IMG/VR virus record: IMGVR_UViG_3300005714_000005
Location: 41,751-105,750 of that record
Length of the DNA stretch: 64,000 nt
From: a virus
Lineage: Duplodnaviria > Caudoviricetes
Strand: one strand, 5' to 3'
Below, piece after piece: positions 19,826 through 28,795 of the stretch. The position numbers were made by a program, and so were the translations under genes. How positions within the stretch are numbered: position 1 is the first letter of the stretch; each line of letters begins with the position of its first letter. The notes under the pieces were generated by a model. It was not told the origin of the DNA, did not search any database, and was given only the letters and a program-made list of their open reading frames with translations.

Positions 19826-19855
19826 ATTATATCACACTACTCTATAATTATGCAA
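19826..19855 (-). promoter_or_regulatory. Sigma-A promoter antisense to the tail operon
   Basis: TTGCAT-18 nt-TATAAT with a TGTG extended -10 element. Confidence 0.6.
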
Positions 19856-19909
19856 CATAAATTAAATAAAATTAATAAATTAATAAATTTTTAAAATAGA
19901 GGTGATTTC

Positions 19910-20083
19910 ATGATTAAGAAAATCGGGGCAAATCCATACGGTGTAGTTGAATTCACTGCTTCAACAGTGGCGGAAATTGACGACTTACCAAAGAATGTTG
20001 GTCAAGGAAGTTACTGCCTAGTATTGGAAAATTCAGAGGTATATATGTTTGATGAGGCAACCTCAACTTGGGGAAAATTATAG
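19910..20083 (+). CDS. Small fibre-associated protein (57 aa, not in ORF track)
   Basis: GAGGTG RBS; MIKKIGANPYGVVEFTASTVAEIDDLP...YMFDEATSTWGKL. Confidence 0.7.
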   Translation: MIKKIGANPYGVVEFTASTVAEIDDLPKNVGQGSYCLVLENSEVYMFDEATSTWGKL

Positions 20084-20100
20084 GAAAAGAGGTGAAGTAA

Positions 20101-20709
20101 ATGGATATTGTAACTTACGCCTTATGTAAGAAAATGGCAAGTGGTAAAGGTGAAAAAGGGGATAAGGGAGATAAAGGAGATAGAGGTGAACAAGGTCTGC
20201 CTGGTAGAGATGGTGCTGATGGTGTCACTCCCAATTTACAAGTTGGTACTGTTACAACTCTACCTAGTGGTCAAAATGCTACGGTAACACAAAGTGGTAC
20301 AAAGGAAGACCCAATTTTCAATTTCTCTATTCCTCGTGGAGATAAGGGAATTTATGTTGGTGCTAAAGATACTGCACCCCCAACAGTTGATATTGTAATT
20401 GACCATTCTGACATGGGGCTATATTCTGATGAATTAGTAAATACACCTATTGTGGGCAATACCTTAACTTTAACTACTCGTAAAAATCAAACAACCACTA
20501 TGCAAAATAACACAACCATTGTATTGCCTAATGTAAATTCATTCACAGAGATTCATCTATTCTTTAGCACAACAAGTGAATTAACATTACAATTACCTGT
20601 CGATGTTAAATGGCAAACTCAACCGACTATCGAAGCTAATAAAGTGTATGAATTTATTTTCACATATGCAACCACTTGGCTTGGAGGGGCGGTATGCTAC
20701 AATGACTAA
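20101..20709 (+). CDS. Collagen-like fibre/adaptor protein
   Basis: Gly-X-Y run GEKGDKGDKGDRGEQGLPGRDGADG followed by a TPNLQVGTVTTLP...FSIPRG module. Confidence 0.8.
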   Translation: MDIVTYALCKKMASGKGEKGDKGDKGDRGEQGLPGRDGADGVTPNLQVGTVTTLPSGQNATVTQSGTKEDPIFNFSIPRGDKGIYVGAKDTAPPTVDIVIDHSDMGLYSDELVNTPIVGNTLTLTTRKNQTTTMQNNTTIVLPNVNSFTEIHLFFSTTSELTLQLPVDVKWQTQPTIEANKVYEFIFTYATTWLGGAVCYND

Positions 20710-21361
20710 GAAATTATTAATGAATAATTATTCTGAAAATGGATTAATGCCTGTCATGGATGGTTTGATTTGTTGGTTAGATGGTAGAGATGGTGAATTT
20801 GGTGATACCGTATGGGTAGATAGAAGTGGAAATGGGAATGACGCAACAGTGACAAACTGTGTGTGGACTGGGAAAGCTCTGAAAACAACTTCAGATTTAA
20901 GTGAATTTTTAGTTAGTAAAGAGATGATTAGTGGCGACAACAATCCCTATACATTGGAGATATATTTTTCTCGTTATGCAACAGATAGACCAAACGTAGC
21001 AGAGAATGTCATAATGGCTAATTCAGTAAAAGAATGGGGTTACTCAACCTCTCTTTATATTCGAGGGAATAAGTTGTTTTATGACGTAGGAAAACAAACT
21101 TTGGTTGATAACTCCGAGTTTAACAAGCCTTATCAAGTAGCTATTAGCAAAGTCCACCTCACAAGCAGGAAATCATTTGTTAATGGCAACTTTATTCAAG
21201 AGCGAGATGGATTCGTTGTAAAAGGGATTTCATTTTTGGGAAATTGGGACTCAACAAAAGCAAAATGCGATTATTACTCAATTAGATTATACAATCGTGC
21301 CTTGACAGAAGAAGAAATCCAACAAAATTACCTATACGAACAATCAATTGAAAGAGGGTGA
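20702..21361 (+). CDS. LamG/concanavalin-A-like jelly-roll protein (start revised to ATG 20702)
   Basis: WVDRSGNGNDAT and IRLYNRALTEEEIQQNY LamG hallmarks; GGAGG RBS upstream of 20702. Confidence 0.75.
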   Translation: MTKKLLMNNYSENGLMPVMDGLICWLDGRDGEFGDTVWVDRSGNGNDATVTNCVWTGKALKTTSDLSEFLVSKEMISGDNNPYTLEIYFSRYATDRPNVAENVIMANSVKEWGYSTSLYIRGNKLFYDVGKQTLVDNSEFNKPYQVAISKVHLTSRKSFVNGNFIQERDGFVVKGISFLGNWDSTKAKCDYYSIRLYNRALTEEEIQQNYLYEQSIERG

Positions 21362-21367
21362 TAACAA

Positions 21368-21916
21368 ATGTACGCTAAATTAGAAAATAACAAATTAACT
21401 TATGCACCAAAAAATTATAAAACTCCTACTCATTTAATCCTAAACTTTAATAGTAATATTACACTTATGGAGGAACATGGATTTAAGGAAGTAGTGGATA
21501 TTAAACCTGAATATGATAACTCTACCCACTATTTGTCGGTAGATAGCTATACAGAAGATGAAAATTCTATCACAATCAACTACACAATTAAAGATATTGA
21601 GCCTATTATTCAAGAGCCAACTTTAGAGGATAGAGTCTCACAATTAGAAACCAAAACCAAAGAGCAAGAAGTTGAAATTGAAATGAATCAAGATGCAATT
21701 AATTTCCTACTATTCCAAGCATTAGGAGTTGAGGGTAAACAAACGAAAGGGGCGAATACAATGGCAGCCTATTTAGCAAATCAAATTCTTAAAGGTAAAT
21801 TATCATATGAATTAGTAGTTAAACGATACCCTGAGTTTAAAGAGGATATTGATACAATCTTAATCCTTGAAGGGCGAGAAGATTTAATTAAAGAGGAAAA
21901 TTTAATGAAGCGATAA
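21368..21916 (+). CDS. Tail-associated protein with a possible internal start at 21761
   Basis: EPTLEDRVSQLE coiled coil; C-terminal MAAYLANQI... segment has its own AAAGGGG RBS. Confidence 0.65.
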   Translation: MYAKLENNKLTYAPKNYKTPTHLILNFNSNITLMEEHGFKEVVDIKPEYDNSTHYLSVDSYTEDENSITINYTIKDIEPIIQEPTLEDRVSQLETKTKEQEVEIEMNQDAINFLLFQALGVEGKQTKGANTMAAYLANQILKGKLSYELVVKRYPEFKEDIDTILILEGREDLIKEENLMKR

Positions 21917-21958
21917 TTCAATAGACATACCTTAAAGCAAGAAAGGAGGAATTTCTAT

Positions 21959-23905
21959 ATGTCTATTTATGTAAGAGATGAACATGGCGTGTTACAAGCT
22001 CTGAAAATCCCTGCATACAAGGGTGAAAAAGGGGAGGCAGGGGTAACACCTAATCTTACGATTGGGAATGTTACAACCCTACCTTATGACCAACAAGCCA
22101 CTGTTGTAATCAGAGGGGATAAGGAAAATCCTATCATTGACTTTGGTATTCCTAAAGGTCAAGATGGAACTGGAGTTGGGGGAAATAATGTCTTTGATAC
22201 AGACATTCAGTTCGTTCCTGACCCAATTAAGCAAATTGCAGAAACACCTAATGGAACTCCAATTGGTTTCATTATGGATAGATACGCTCGTGTTGAAGCC
22301 TACAAATCAATTAAGAGAATAGGTGTCCAAGTGCGAGGATTTGATGGGCAAAATACTATTGCTTCAAATGTTAAAGCATTTGCAATTAACGCAGATACTC
22401 ATGAGGTTATGGAGTTATTACATGACCAAACAGGAACAACCCCTATTGAATTAATTGATGGTAAAACATTTGCCATGATTAATGTAAACAAAACTTATAA
22501 TGTCAATACTGTCTTTGCTTTCGGTATTTCTCGTTCAGGGAGCTATGGAAATGGTAGTGGTTTAGCAGTACAAGAAGGAACGAATAAAAACTTAATGGCT
22601 TCTGCCAATGCCCCAACAGTAGGGACAAGATTAGCAGAATGGACAAGTTCAAATTGGACTATGGGTGTATATTTTGAATTTAATTCAACAATGGCAGGTA
22701 GCTTAACGCAAGAGGTTGCTAATGAGGTTGCTAAAATCAACAACTCAACCGAAGAATATGCACTATTCAGTACAGCTAGGGGTGACTTTGATAACTCAAC
22801 TGCTTTTCGTATTCCTGCTATTGTAGTTACGCCTAAAGGTACGATTATTGCTGCATCTGACATCAGACGTAAAACTGCATTTGACCAATCGTTAATTGAC
22901 AATGGTATCTCACGTTCAACAGACGGAGGTAAAACATGGACTCAAAAAGTTGTTATGAGAAATAGTGGAGTTAGTGACTGGTCTCGTGCAATGGACTCTA
23001 CTATGCTATCTGCTAAGAATGGTGATGTTTATATCTTGTGTGGTGCTTGGGATAGTAATCGTGGCAATTGGGAAACATCAACTTCAACACCTGACCCTGA
23101 TTGGAAAGTACGATTAGCAAAGTCTACTGATGATGGAGTAACATGGACTGAAACTGATATTTCAAGAACGACTTTAAACCAACCACAAGATACAGTATCT
23201 TGGTTAGGTGGAGTTGGTACAGGTATTGAAATGTCAGACGGTACATTAGTATTCCCAATCCAAATATGTAGACGAGACGGAAATGCAAACTATGTAACTG
23301 CGGGTATTATCTACTCTAAAGACAATGGGGCAACATGGACTATGAGTGCAAGTTTTACACCTCGTAATAACCGCATCTCAGAAAACATGGTGGCAGAAGT
23401 TGAAAATGGCATGTTGATATTAACTGGTCGGAATGAGTCAAGTGGAGTTCGTCCTGCTTACTACACAAGAGATTTAGGTGCTACATGGCAAACTCATAGC
23501 TTTATGCACAATTTAATCCATACCAATGCTCGTCCATGTCAAGGTTCATTCATTACGTTTGATACTTTAGGTGGTCGTAGAGTTGGATTAGTATCAACAC
23601 CGACTTCGGGTGGAGGAACTCGTAGAGATTTAGGTGTTACCCTAATTGACTTCAATGGTCAAAAGACTAAATTGCTAAAAGTATTCTTCCCAACACCATA
23701 TACAGGTGGGGGTTATTCTTCACTTGCAACAGGATTCCGTAATGGGAAACGAATCTTAGTGGTAGCCTATGAAGCACAAGGTCAAATTCATTATCAAGAT
23801 TTAACGTATTTATTAACCGACATTGAAATGCTTACTAATGGCAATGTAAATTTAACAATAGTAACAAATGACGAAATTGACACAATTATTGGTGCATTAA
23901 ATTAG
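21959..23905 (+). CDS. Exo-alpha-sialidase (GH33, clostridial NanH-like) fused to a collagen/fibre N-terminus
   Basis: FRIP motif, four Asp-boxes (STDGGKTW, STDDGVTW, SKDNGATW, TRDLGATW), WLGGVG, SENM, CQGSF, GGGYS. Confidence 0.92.
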   Translation: MSIYVRDEHGVLQALKIPAYKGEKGEAGVTPNLTIGNVTTLPYDQQATVVIRGDKENPIIDFGIPKGQDGTGVGGNNVFDTDIQFVPDPIKQIAETPNGTPIGFIMDRYARVEAYKSIKRIGVQVRGFDGQNTIASNVKAFAINADTHEVMELLHDQTGTTPIELIDGKTFAMINVNKTYNVNTVFAFGISRSGSYGNGSGLAVQEGTNKNLMASANAPTVGTRLAEWTSSNWTMGVYFEFNSTMAGSLTQEVANEVAKINNSTEEYALFSTARGDFDNSTAFRIPAIVVTPKGTIIAASDIRRKTAFDQSLIDNGISRSTDGGKTWTQKVVMRNSGVSDWSRAMDSTMLSAKNGDVYILCGAWDSNRGNWETSTSTPDPDWKVRLAKSTDDGVTWTETDISRTTLNQPQDTVSWLGGVGTGIEMSDGTLVFPIQICRRDGNANYVTAGIIYSKDNGATWTMSASFTPRNNRISENMVAEVENGMLILTGRNESSGVRPAYYTRDLGATWQTHSFMHNLIHTNARPCQGSFITFDTLGGRRVGLVSTPTSGGGTRRDLGVTLIDFNGQKTKLLKVFFPTPYTGGGYSSLATGFRNGKRILVVAYEAQGQIHYQDLTYLLTDIEMLTNGNVNLTIVTNDEIDTIIGALN

Positions 23906-23918
23906 GAGGACGATATTC

Positions 23919-25073
23919 ATGAATAACAAATTTATCAACGGAGAAAAATTACAATATGCTTTCACTCAATTATGGGCTAAAATGAAAAACACATTTGCCC
24001 AAAAGAATGGGGAAAATACATTCACTAAGAAAAATACTTTTGACGAAGCTGTTATGATTAAACGTGAATCTATGTATATTCATAGTCCAATTAACAACAA
24101 GCCTGCCACATTAACAGGAATGCAAAAACTTGCAGGGTATCGTGGTTATACTTCACACTCTAACGGAAATAACGGTTATGTAAAATCTGTTAAAGTTCGA
24201 GTTAAAGATGACTCTACTGTAGGACATACACTTCGTTATATTGATTTATGGGCGGTAGAGAAAAAAGATAATTTGGCACAAGACGTTATTGTTGGTAAAA
24301 TGTATGATTCTTCAGTAACTTGGCTAGCTGTAAAGGAAGAAGAAGGATTTGGTAAATACGTTGAAATCTTCGTTAATCGCAAATTCGAGAATGAAACATA
24401 TTTCTTAGTTGAGCATAGCAATAGTGTTACGTATACAAAACCAACTGACGAAGATGATAATGACATTGTTTATGCACGAAAAGGTACAGTTCCTGAAGTG
24501 GGCACTTCAGGTCTTACATCAGAAAGTAAGCGTTATTTATTACAATATGGTTTAGTTGGAGAAAGCATGAACATTGCTCGTGAGTTAGAAAAAATCTCTA
24601 ATGGTACTGGGAAACTTGTTTCAAGTGTCAATACTATTAAACCAAACGATAAAGGTGATGTTACTGTTGCACCAAAAGACATTCCTGGTTTATTAAGCGA
24701 CAATGGTAAAATCCACCCTACTCTTGTTCCTGATGTTGCAATTACAAAAGTTACGGTGGTCGATACAGAGAAAGAAGCTATGGAACTTAGCTCAAGTATC
24801 GGGGATATTGTAATCCGCAATGACTTGAATGGTGAATCTTATATCTGTAAGAATCCACAAGGAGGCACATTCGCAGAACGTTTCATTCGTGTAGGTAGTG
24901 CAAGTGATGCAGTTAAAACAATCAACAATCAAGCAGCCAGTGCAGGTAACGTTGATTTAGGATTAAAAGCAACTACAACTCAACTTGAATTAACTGTAAA
25001 TAGCCAAACTGTCGCTACTTTACCTATTATCACAGACCAAGAAGTAAACAACATTATCAACGGTCTTAACTAA
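23919..25073 (+). CDS. Fibre/appendage protein
   Basis: NTFTKKNTF linker, beta-sandwich module, VSSVN...GDVTV fibre motifs. Confidence 0.7.
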   Translation: MNNKFINGEKLQYAFTQLWAKMKNTFAQKNGENTFTKKNTFDEAVMIKRESMYIHSPINNKPATLTGMQKLAGYRGYTSHSNGNNGYVKSVKVRVKDDSTVGHTLRYIDLWAVEKKDNLAQDVIVGKMYDSSVTWLAVKEEEGFGKYVEIFVNRKFENETYFLVEHSNSVTYTKPTDEDDNDIVYARKGTVPEVGTSGLTSESKRYLLQYGLVGESMNIARELEKISNGTGKLVSSVNTIKPNDKGDVTVAPKDIPGLLSDNGKIHPTLVPDVAITKVTVVDTEKEAMELSSSIGDIVIRNDLNGESYICKNPQGGTFAERFIRVGSASDAVKTINNQAASAGNVDLGLKATTTQLELTVNSQTVATLPIITDQEVNNIINGLN

Positions 25074-25119
25074 TTTTAAATAATATCTAAGAACAAAAAT
25101 ATAAAAGGGAGGAAACGGA

Positions 25120-26745
25120 ATGTCTATCGTAGATAAGTCACATCTTCAAGATGTGGCTTTAGGTATTTGGAATAAAATCCAAATGAAATTAAATGCTTAT
25201 GTCCATAAGACAAAGGAGAACGTAGTCGTAGGTAAGACTGTGCTATTCGATGGGTACATATCAGGTAATGTCCTAGCTACTTTAAATAATCCAAAAGCAA
25301 CAGGCTACATTAAAACTGACTCAGCTTTCTTTGTCTGCGAACAATTATTAGTGTCTGCCAACCAAAAGGTTGGTCAGATTACTATTGGAATTGTCGACAG
25401 TAAACAAGTTGGTGATATTGTCACAGGAGTAAACATTGGAGTGGTTAGACGCTCCGATAAAAAAGTTTTAGAATATCTAATGCGAAATGGCGTTGGTGTT
25501 GCTCATAAGAATACGATAAGCGATTTAGGTTGCGATAGAGCAATTACAATCAACGTTGATAAATCATGGTCAGATGACGTTTACCTAATGGTTGGTGCTA
25601 ATGGGGCATTATGGGGAGATCGTGATAACAACTATGGCGGAGATGCTCTTGGTGGTCTAACATTACCTGCTGTGGGTAGTACAATTCAACTTAACCGAAA
25701 TGGTAACTATGTTGGTAAAGCTATTATTCATGGTGATGGAATTGCATTGCGAGATTTAGCAAACTCTAGTGTCAATGGAGTTACAAAAGATGAGTTTAAT
25801 CAATTCAAGGGTGAAAATCAACAAGCTCATCAAACAATGACAAATAGTATCAATAGTGCTAATAGCAATATCACATCACAAGGTCAACGTATTGGTAGCT
25901 TGGAGAGTGGTACTGCTAAATTAAATGCTCGCAATAGATTTACTGCTCAAAATACTTTTATGGAAAGAAATCCTATTGTTGAGAAATATGCTTCAATCAA
26001 AGATATTTTTACAGCAGATGGAGTAGACTCATTCTTAGCGGGTGGGCTATACTGTTGTAATCCACAGGCGGGTATTACAGATTATAACGCCCATATTTCT
26101 GCAATAGTTGTTCCTATTAAAGATTCACAACCAGGAGATACAGTTGAGGCTTCATACTTCACAGTTAATGCTACTACTAGACAATTAACAAGTGATATTC
26201 TTGAAGCTAAAACACATACAGTTTTAGATGTGCAGTATAAAGGTGAATATTGTATTGCTCTTAATGTAGACAGAACTTTTAACTATCCTGTTTCTTTCGG
26301 AATCCGAGTTATGGATAAAGTTTTAGTAGGTAGACGAATTGGTATGTTGAAACAAGATTTACCAAACCAAGTCAACAACAATGCTTGGAGTTATTATATC
26401 AAGCCTACAAATGGACAATACATAGGAAATTATAATGCAAAGTTTACAGTTCCTTATATGATTGCTCGAAGAATTAGCTCAGAACTTATTACCAAATATG
26501 ACATCAACATCATGAATAATCCTACAGGTGAGATTAAATTCTTAGCTTATGATGCAGGTGAAGTTACAGAAATCAATGGGCGTACTTGGTTGAGATGTGA
26601 TGGGCAATCAGTGCCAACTTCGGAGTATAATGAATTATGTAAAGCTATTCAACCTGTATCAGAAGATGGTTCAGAAGTATCGGTAGATTTCAAATTACCA
26701 AGTAATAATTCACCTGTTGGGTATACTTACATTTGTGCTAAATAA
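25120..26745 (+). CDS. Fibre protein with C-terminal phage tail-collar domain
   Basis: PTGEIKF...WLRCDGQSV...YNELCKAI...FKLP...YICAK collar signature; two internal beta-sandwich modules. Confidence 0.8.
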   Translation: MSIVDKSHLQDVALGIWNKIQMKLNAYVHKTKENVVVGKTVLFDGYISGNVLATLNNPKATGYIKTDSAFFVCEQLLVSANQKVGQITIGIVDSKQVGDIVTGVNIGVVRRSDKKVLEYLMRNGVGVAHKNTISDLGCDRAITINVDKSWSDDVYLMVGANGALWGDRDNNYGGDALGGLTLPAVGSTIQLNRNGNYVGKAIIHGDGIALRDLANSSVNGVTKDEFNQFKGENQQAHQTMTNSINSANSNITSQGQRIGSLESGTAKLNARNRFTAQNTFMERNPIVEKYASIKDIFTADGVDSFLAGGLYCCNPQAGITDYNAHISAIVVPIKDSQPGDTVEASYFTVNATTRQLTSDILEAKTHTVLDVQYKGEYCIALNVDRTFNYPVSFGIRVMDKVLVGRRIGMLKQDLPNQVNNNAWSYYIKPTNGQYIGNYNAKFTVPYMIARRISSELITKYDINIMNNPTGEIKFLAYDAGEVTEINGRTWLRCDGQSVPTSEYNELCKAIQPVSEDGSEVSVDFKLPSNNSPVGYTYICAK

Positions 26746-26771
26746 GATTTCATTAGCAAGGGGGTGAGATA

Positions 26772-27410
26772 ATGAAACTTACTCAAGAACAATATGAACT
26801 TTGCACATTTCTGAATGATTGCGTTTATAATGAATTGGCTTATCCACCTACTATGAATATGACTAATCGTATTGTTAAAGGAAGTGGTTTGAGGGTTGAG
26901 ATTTTTGACTTCCCTCAGACCACTTTTGTTATATTCTGTGGTACGAATAGAGGTAGTTGGAGAGATTGGCTAACCAATTTCAAAGTTGGATTTGGTTTTG
27001 GATTAGTACCTAACCAACATAGACAAGCATTAGCAATCGTTCGTGATGAATTATGCAAAGCTCAATTTAAAGGCAAAGATTTAATTGTCGCAGGACACTC
27101 ATTGGGTTCAGGACTGATGGAGTATAGTATTGCCAACTTAGGTAATACAGAATACGACAACTATATAGGAATTGGGTACAATGGTTGTGGAGTTAAACAT
27201 TTGGGTGGATATGCAAAAGAGGGGAAAATTCTTAATATCGTCACAACTCGTGATATTCTAAACGGTATTACTAGCAAATTGCCAGGAAAGAAATATATGA
27301 AACACTATGGGGAAATCCAATATGTTAAAGATAATAGCACTTGGAATCCTATCAAGTCACACTCTAACTTTTCAGTTATGATGGACTATAAAATTAACGA
27401 AGGAGAATGA
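26772..27410 (+). CDS. Class-3 lipase-like alpha/beta hydrolase
   Basis: VAGHSLG nucleophile elbow, IFCGT (FRGT-like) motif, DW..N, candidate Asp (RDIL) and His (SHS). Confidence 0.8.
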   Translation: MKLTQEQYELCTFLNDCVYNELAYPPTMNMTNRIVKGSGLRVEIFDFPQTTFVIFCGTNRGSWRDWLTNFKVGFGFGLVPNQHRQALAIVRDELCKAQFKGKDLIVAGHSLGSGLMEYSIANLGNTEYDNYIGIGYNGCGVKHLGGYAKEGKILNIVTTRDILNGITSKLPGKKYMKHYGEIQYVKDNSTWNPIKSHSNFSVMMDYKINEGE

Positions 27411-27413
27411 AAT

Positions 27414-28001
27414 ATGAAAGAAGTATGGAAAGATATTTACTATACAGATGAAGTAACGGAAGAAATAATTGATTTTCGTGGATATTATCAAATTAGTAAT
27501 TTGGGAAGAGTTAAAAGTTTGGCAAGAGTTCACTTTAGAAAAAATGGTGTAAAATTGTCAATACGAGAGAAAGTAATTAGCCCAGGCGATAATGGTCATG
27601 GCTACCTATTTGTCACTCTCTATAATGGCGAAAGCAAAAAGAGATTCTATGTTCATAGGTTGGTTGGGCAAATGTTTCTCCAAAAAGAAGAGGGTAAAAT
27701 CTATATAGACCATATTGATACCAATAGAACTAATAATTGTGTTGAGAATTTAAGATGGTGTACACAAAAAGAAAATGCAAACAATAGCCTCACGTTAAAA
27801 CGCAATAGCGACTCAAAAGACAAAACTAGAGTTATTGCCATAAACGAAAAAGACTGCAAAGTTATAATGTTAAAGAGTATATCTGACGGAAAGAAAATCG
27901 GCTTTGACAAGGCAGCTATTTGGCGTTGTTGCAACGGAAAACAAAAGGAACATTTGGGTTACAAATTTCAATATGTTGAGAAAAGAGGAATGATAGCATG
28001 A
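27414..28001 (+). CDS. Free-standing NUMOD4-HNH homing endonuclease
   Basis: YQISNLGRVKS, VHRLV, IDHIDTNRTNNCVENLRWCT. Confidence 0.9.
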   Translation: MKEVWKDIYYTDEVTEEIIDFRGYYQISNLGRVKSLARVHFRKNGVKLSIREKVISPGDNGHGYLFVTLYNGESKKRFYVHRLVGQMFLQKEEGKIYIDHIDTNRTNNCVENLRWCTQKENANNSLTLKRNSDSKDKTRVIAINEKDCKVIMLKSISDGKKIGFDKAAIWRCCNGKQKEHLGYKFQYVEKRGMIA

Positions 28002-28732
28002 CTTACATATTTAAACAAGATTTAGTACCAAGTAACAAATATTCAATCAAAGCTCCTTATTCTATGATACCACAATATATCACAATCCACAACACTTCAA
28101 ACTCTGCACCCGCACAAAACGAAATTAACTACATGAAAAACAATAATAACCAAGTTTCTTATCACGTATGTATAGATGAGAAATACGTTATCCAAGCAAT
28201 CCCTTTTAATCGTAATGCATGGCACGCAGGAGATGGTGCTTATGGTAGTGGAAATCGCAAATCTATCGGCATTGAAATTGCACGTTCGACTGGCGACATT
28301 AATCTATTTAAACAGGCAGAAGCTAACTGTGCTAAATATGTAGCTACTCTATTAAAACAATATGGTTGGGGAATTGACCGAGTTAAACGTCATAAAGACT
28401 GGTCTGGCAAATACTGTCCTCACAAAACGATGGATTTAGGTTGGGATAGATTTTTAAATATGATTAAAGCAGAATTGAATGCTTTAAACAAACTTACTCA
28501 ACCAACACCTAGCAAACCAACACAAGACACTTCATTCAAAGTTAAGGTTATTGCTAAAGAATTAAATGTGCGTAAATCTGCTTCATTTGATAGTGCAGTA
28601 GTGACTACTGTTAAGAAAGGTGAAGTGTACACTATTGTTGAGGTTAAGAATGGATTAGGTTTATTGAAATCTTACAAAGACAAACGTGACGGTTGGATTT
28701 CAATACACTCTGCCTATGTGCAAAAAGTTTAA
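27998..28732 (+). CDS. Endolysin: N-acetylmuramoyl-L-alanine amidase (Amidase_2, CwlA/XlyA-like) with SH3 domain
   Basis: ITIHNT, AWHAGDG, SIGIEI, HKDWSGKYCP; C-terminal LNVRKSAS...GWI. Confidence 0.92.
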   Translation: MTYIFKQDLVPSNKYSIKAPYSMIPQYITIHNTSNSAPAQNEINYMKNNNNQVSYHVCIDEKYVIQAIPFNRNAWHAGDGAYGSGNRKSIGIEIARSTGDINLFKQAEANCAKYVATLLKQYGWGIDRVKRHKDWSGKYCPHKTMDLGWDRFLNMIKAELNALNKLTQPTPSKPTQDTSFKVKVIAKELNVRKSASFDSAVVTTVKKGEVYTIVEVKNGLGLLKSYKDKRDGWISIHSAYVQKV

Positions 28733-28745
28733 TATGAATAAATAA

Positions 28746-28776
28746 AAATAGACATCCTTAGTGGTGTCTATTTATT
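28746..28776. terminator. Hairpin after endolysin gene
   Basis: AAATAGACATC/GGTGTCTATTT. Confidence 0.65.
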
Positions 28777-28795
28777 TGAATATATAATTTGAAAG

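Noticed and set aside
23903-25122. Stop-codon readthrough or recoding joining the sialidase and downstream fibres
   Set aside because: Intergenic gaps of 13 and 46 nt are out of frame, each gene has its own RBS, and all three stop codons are used normally in this window
16848-26745. Diversity-generating retroelement or invertible fibre shufflon
   Set aside because: No reverse transcriptase, template/variable repeat pair, inverted fibre cassettes or active invertase found in the window
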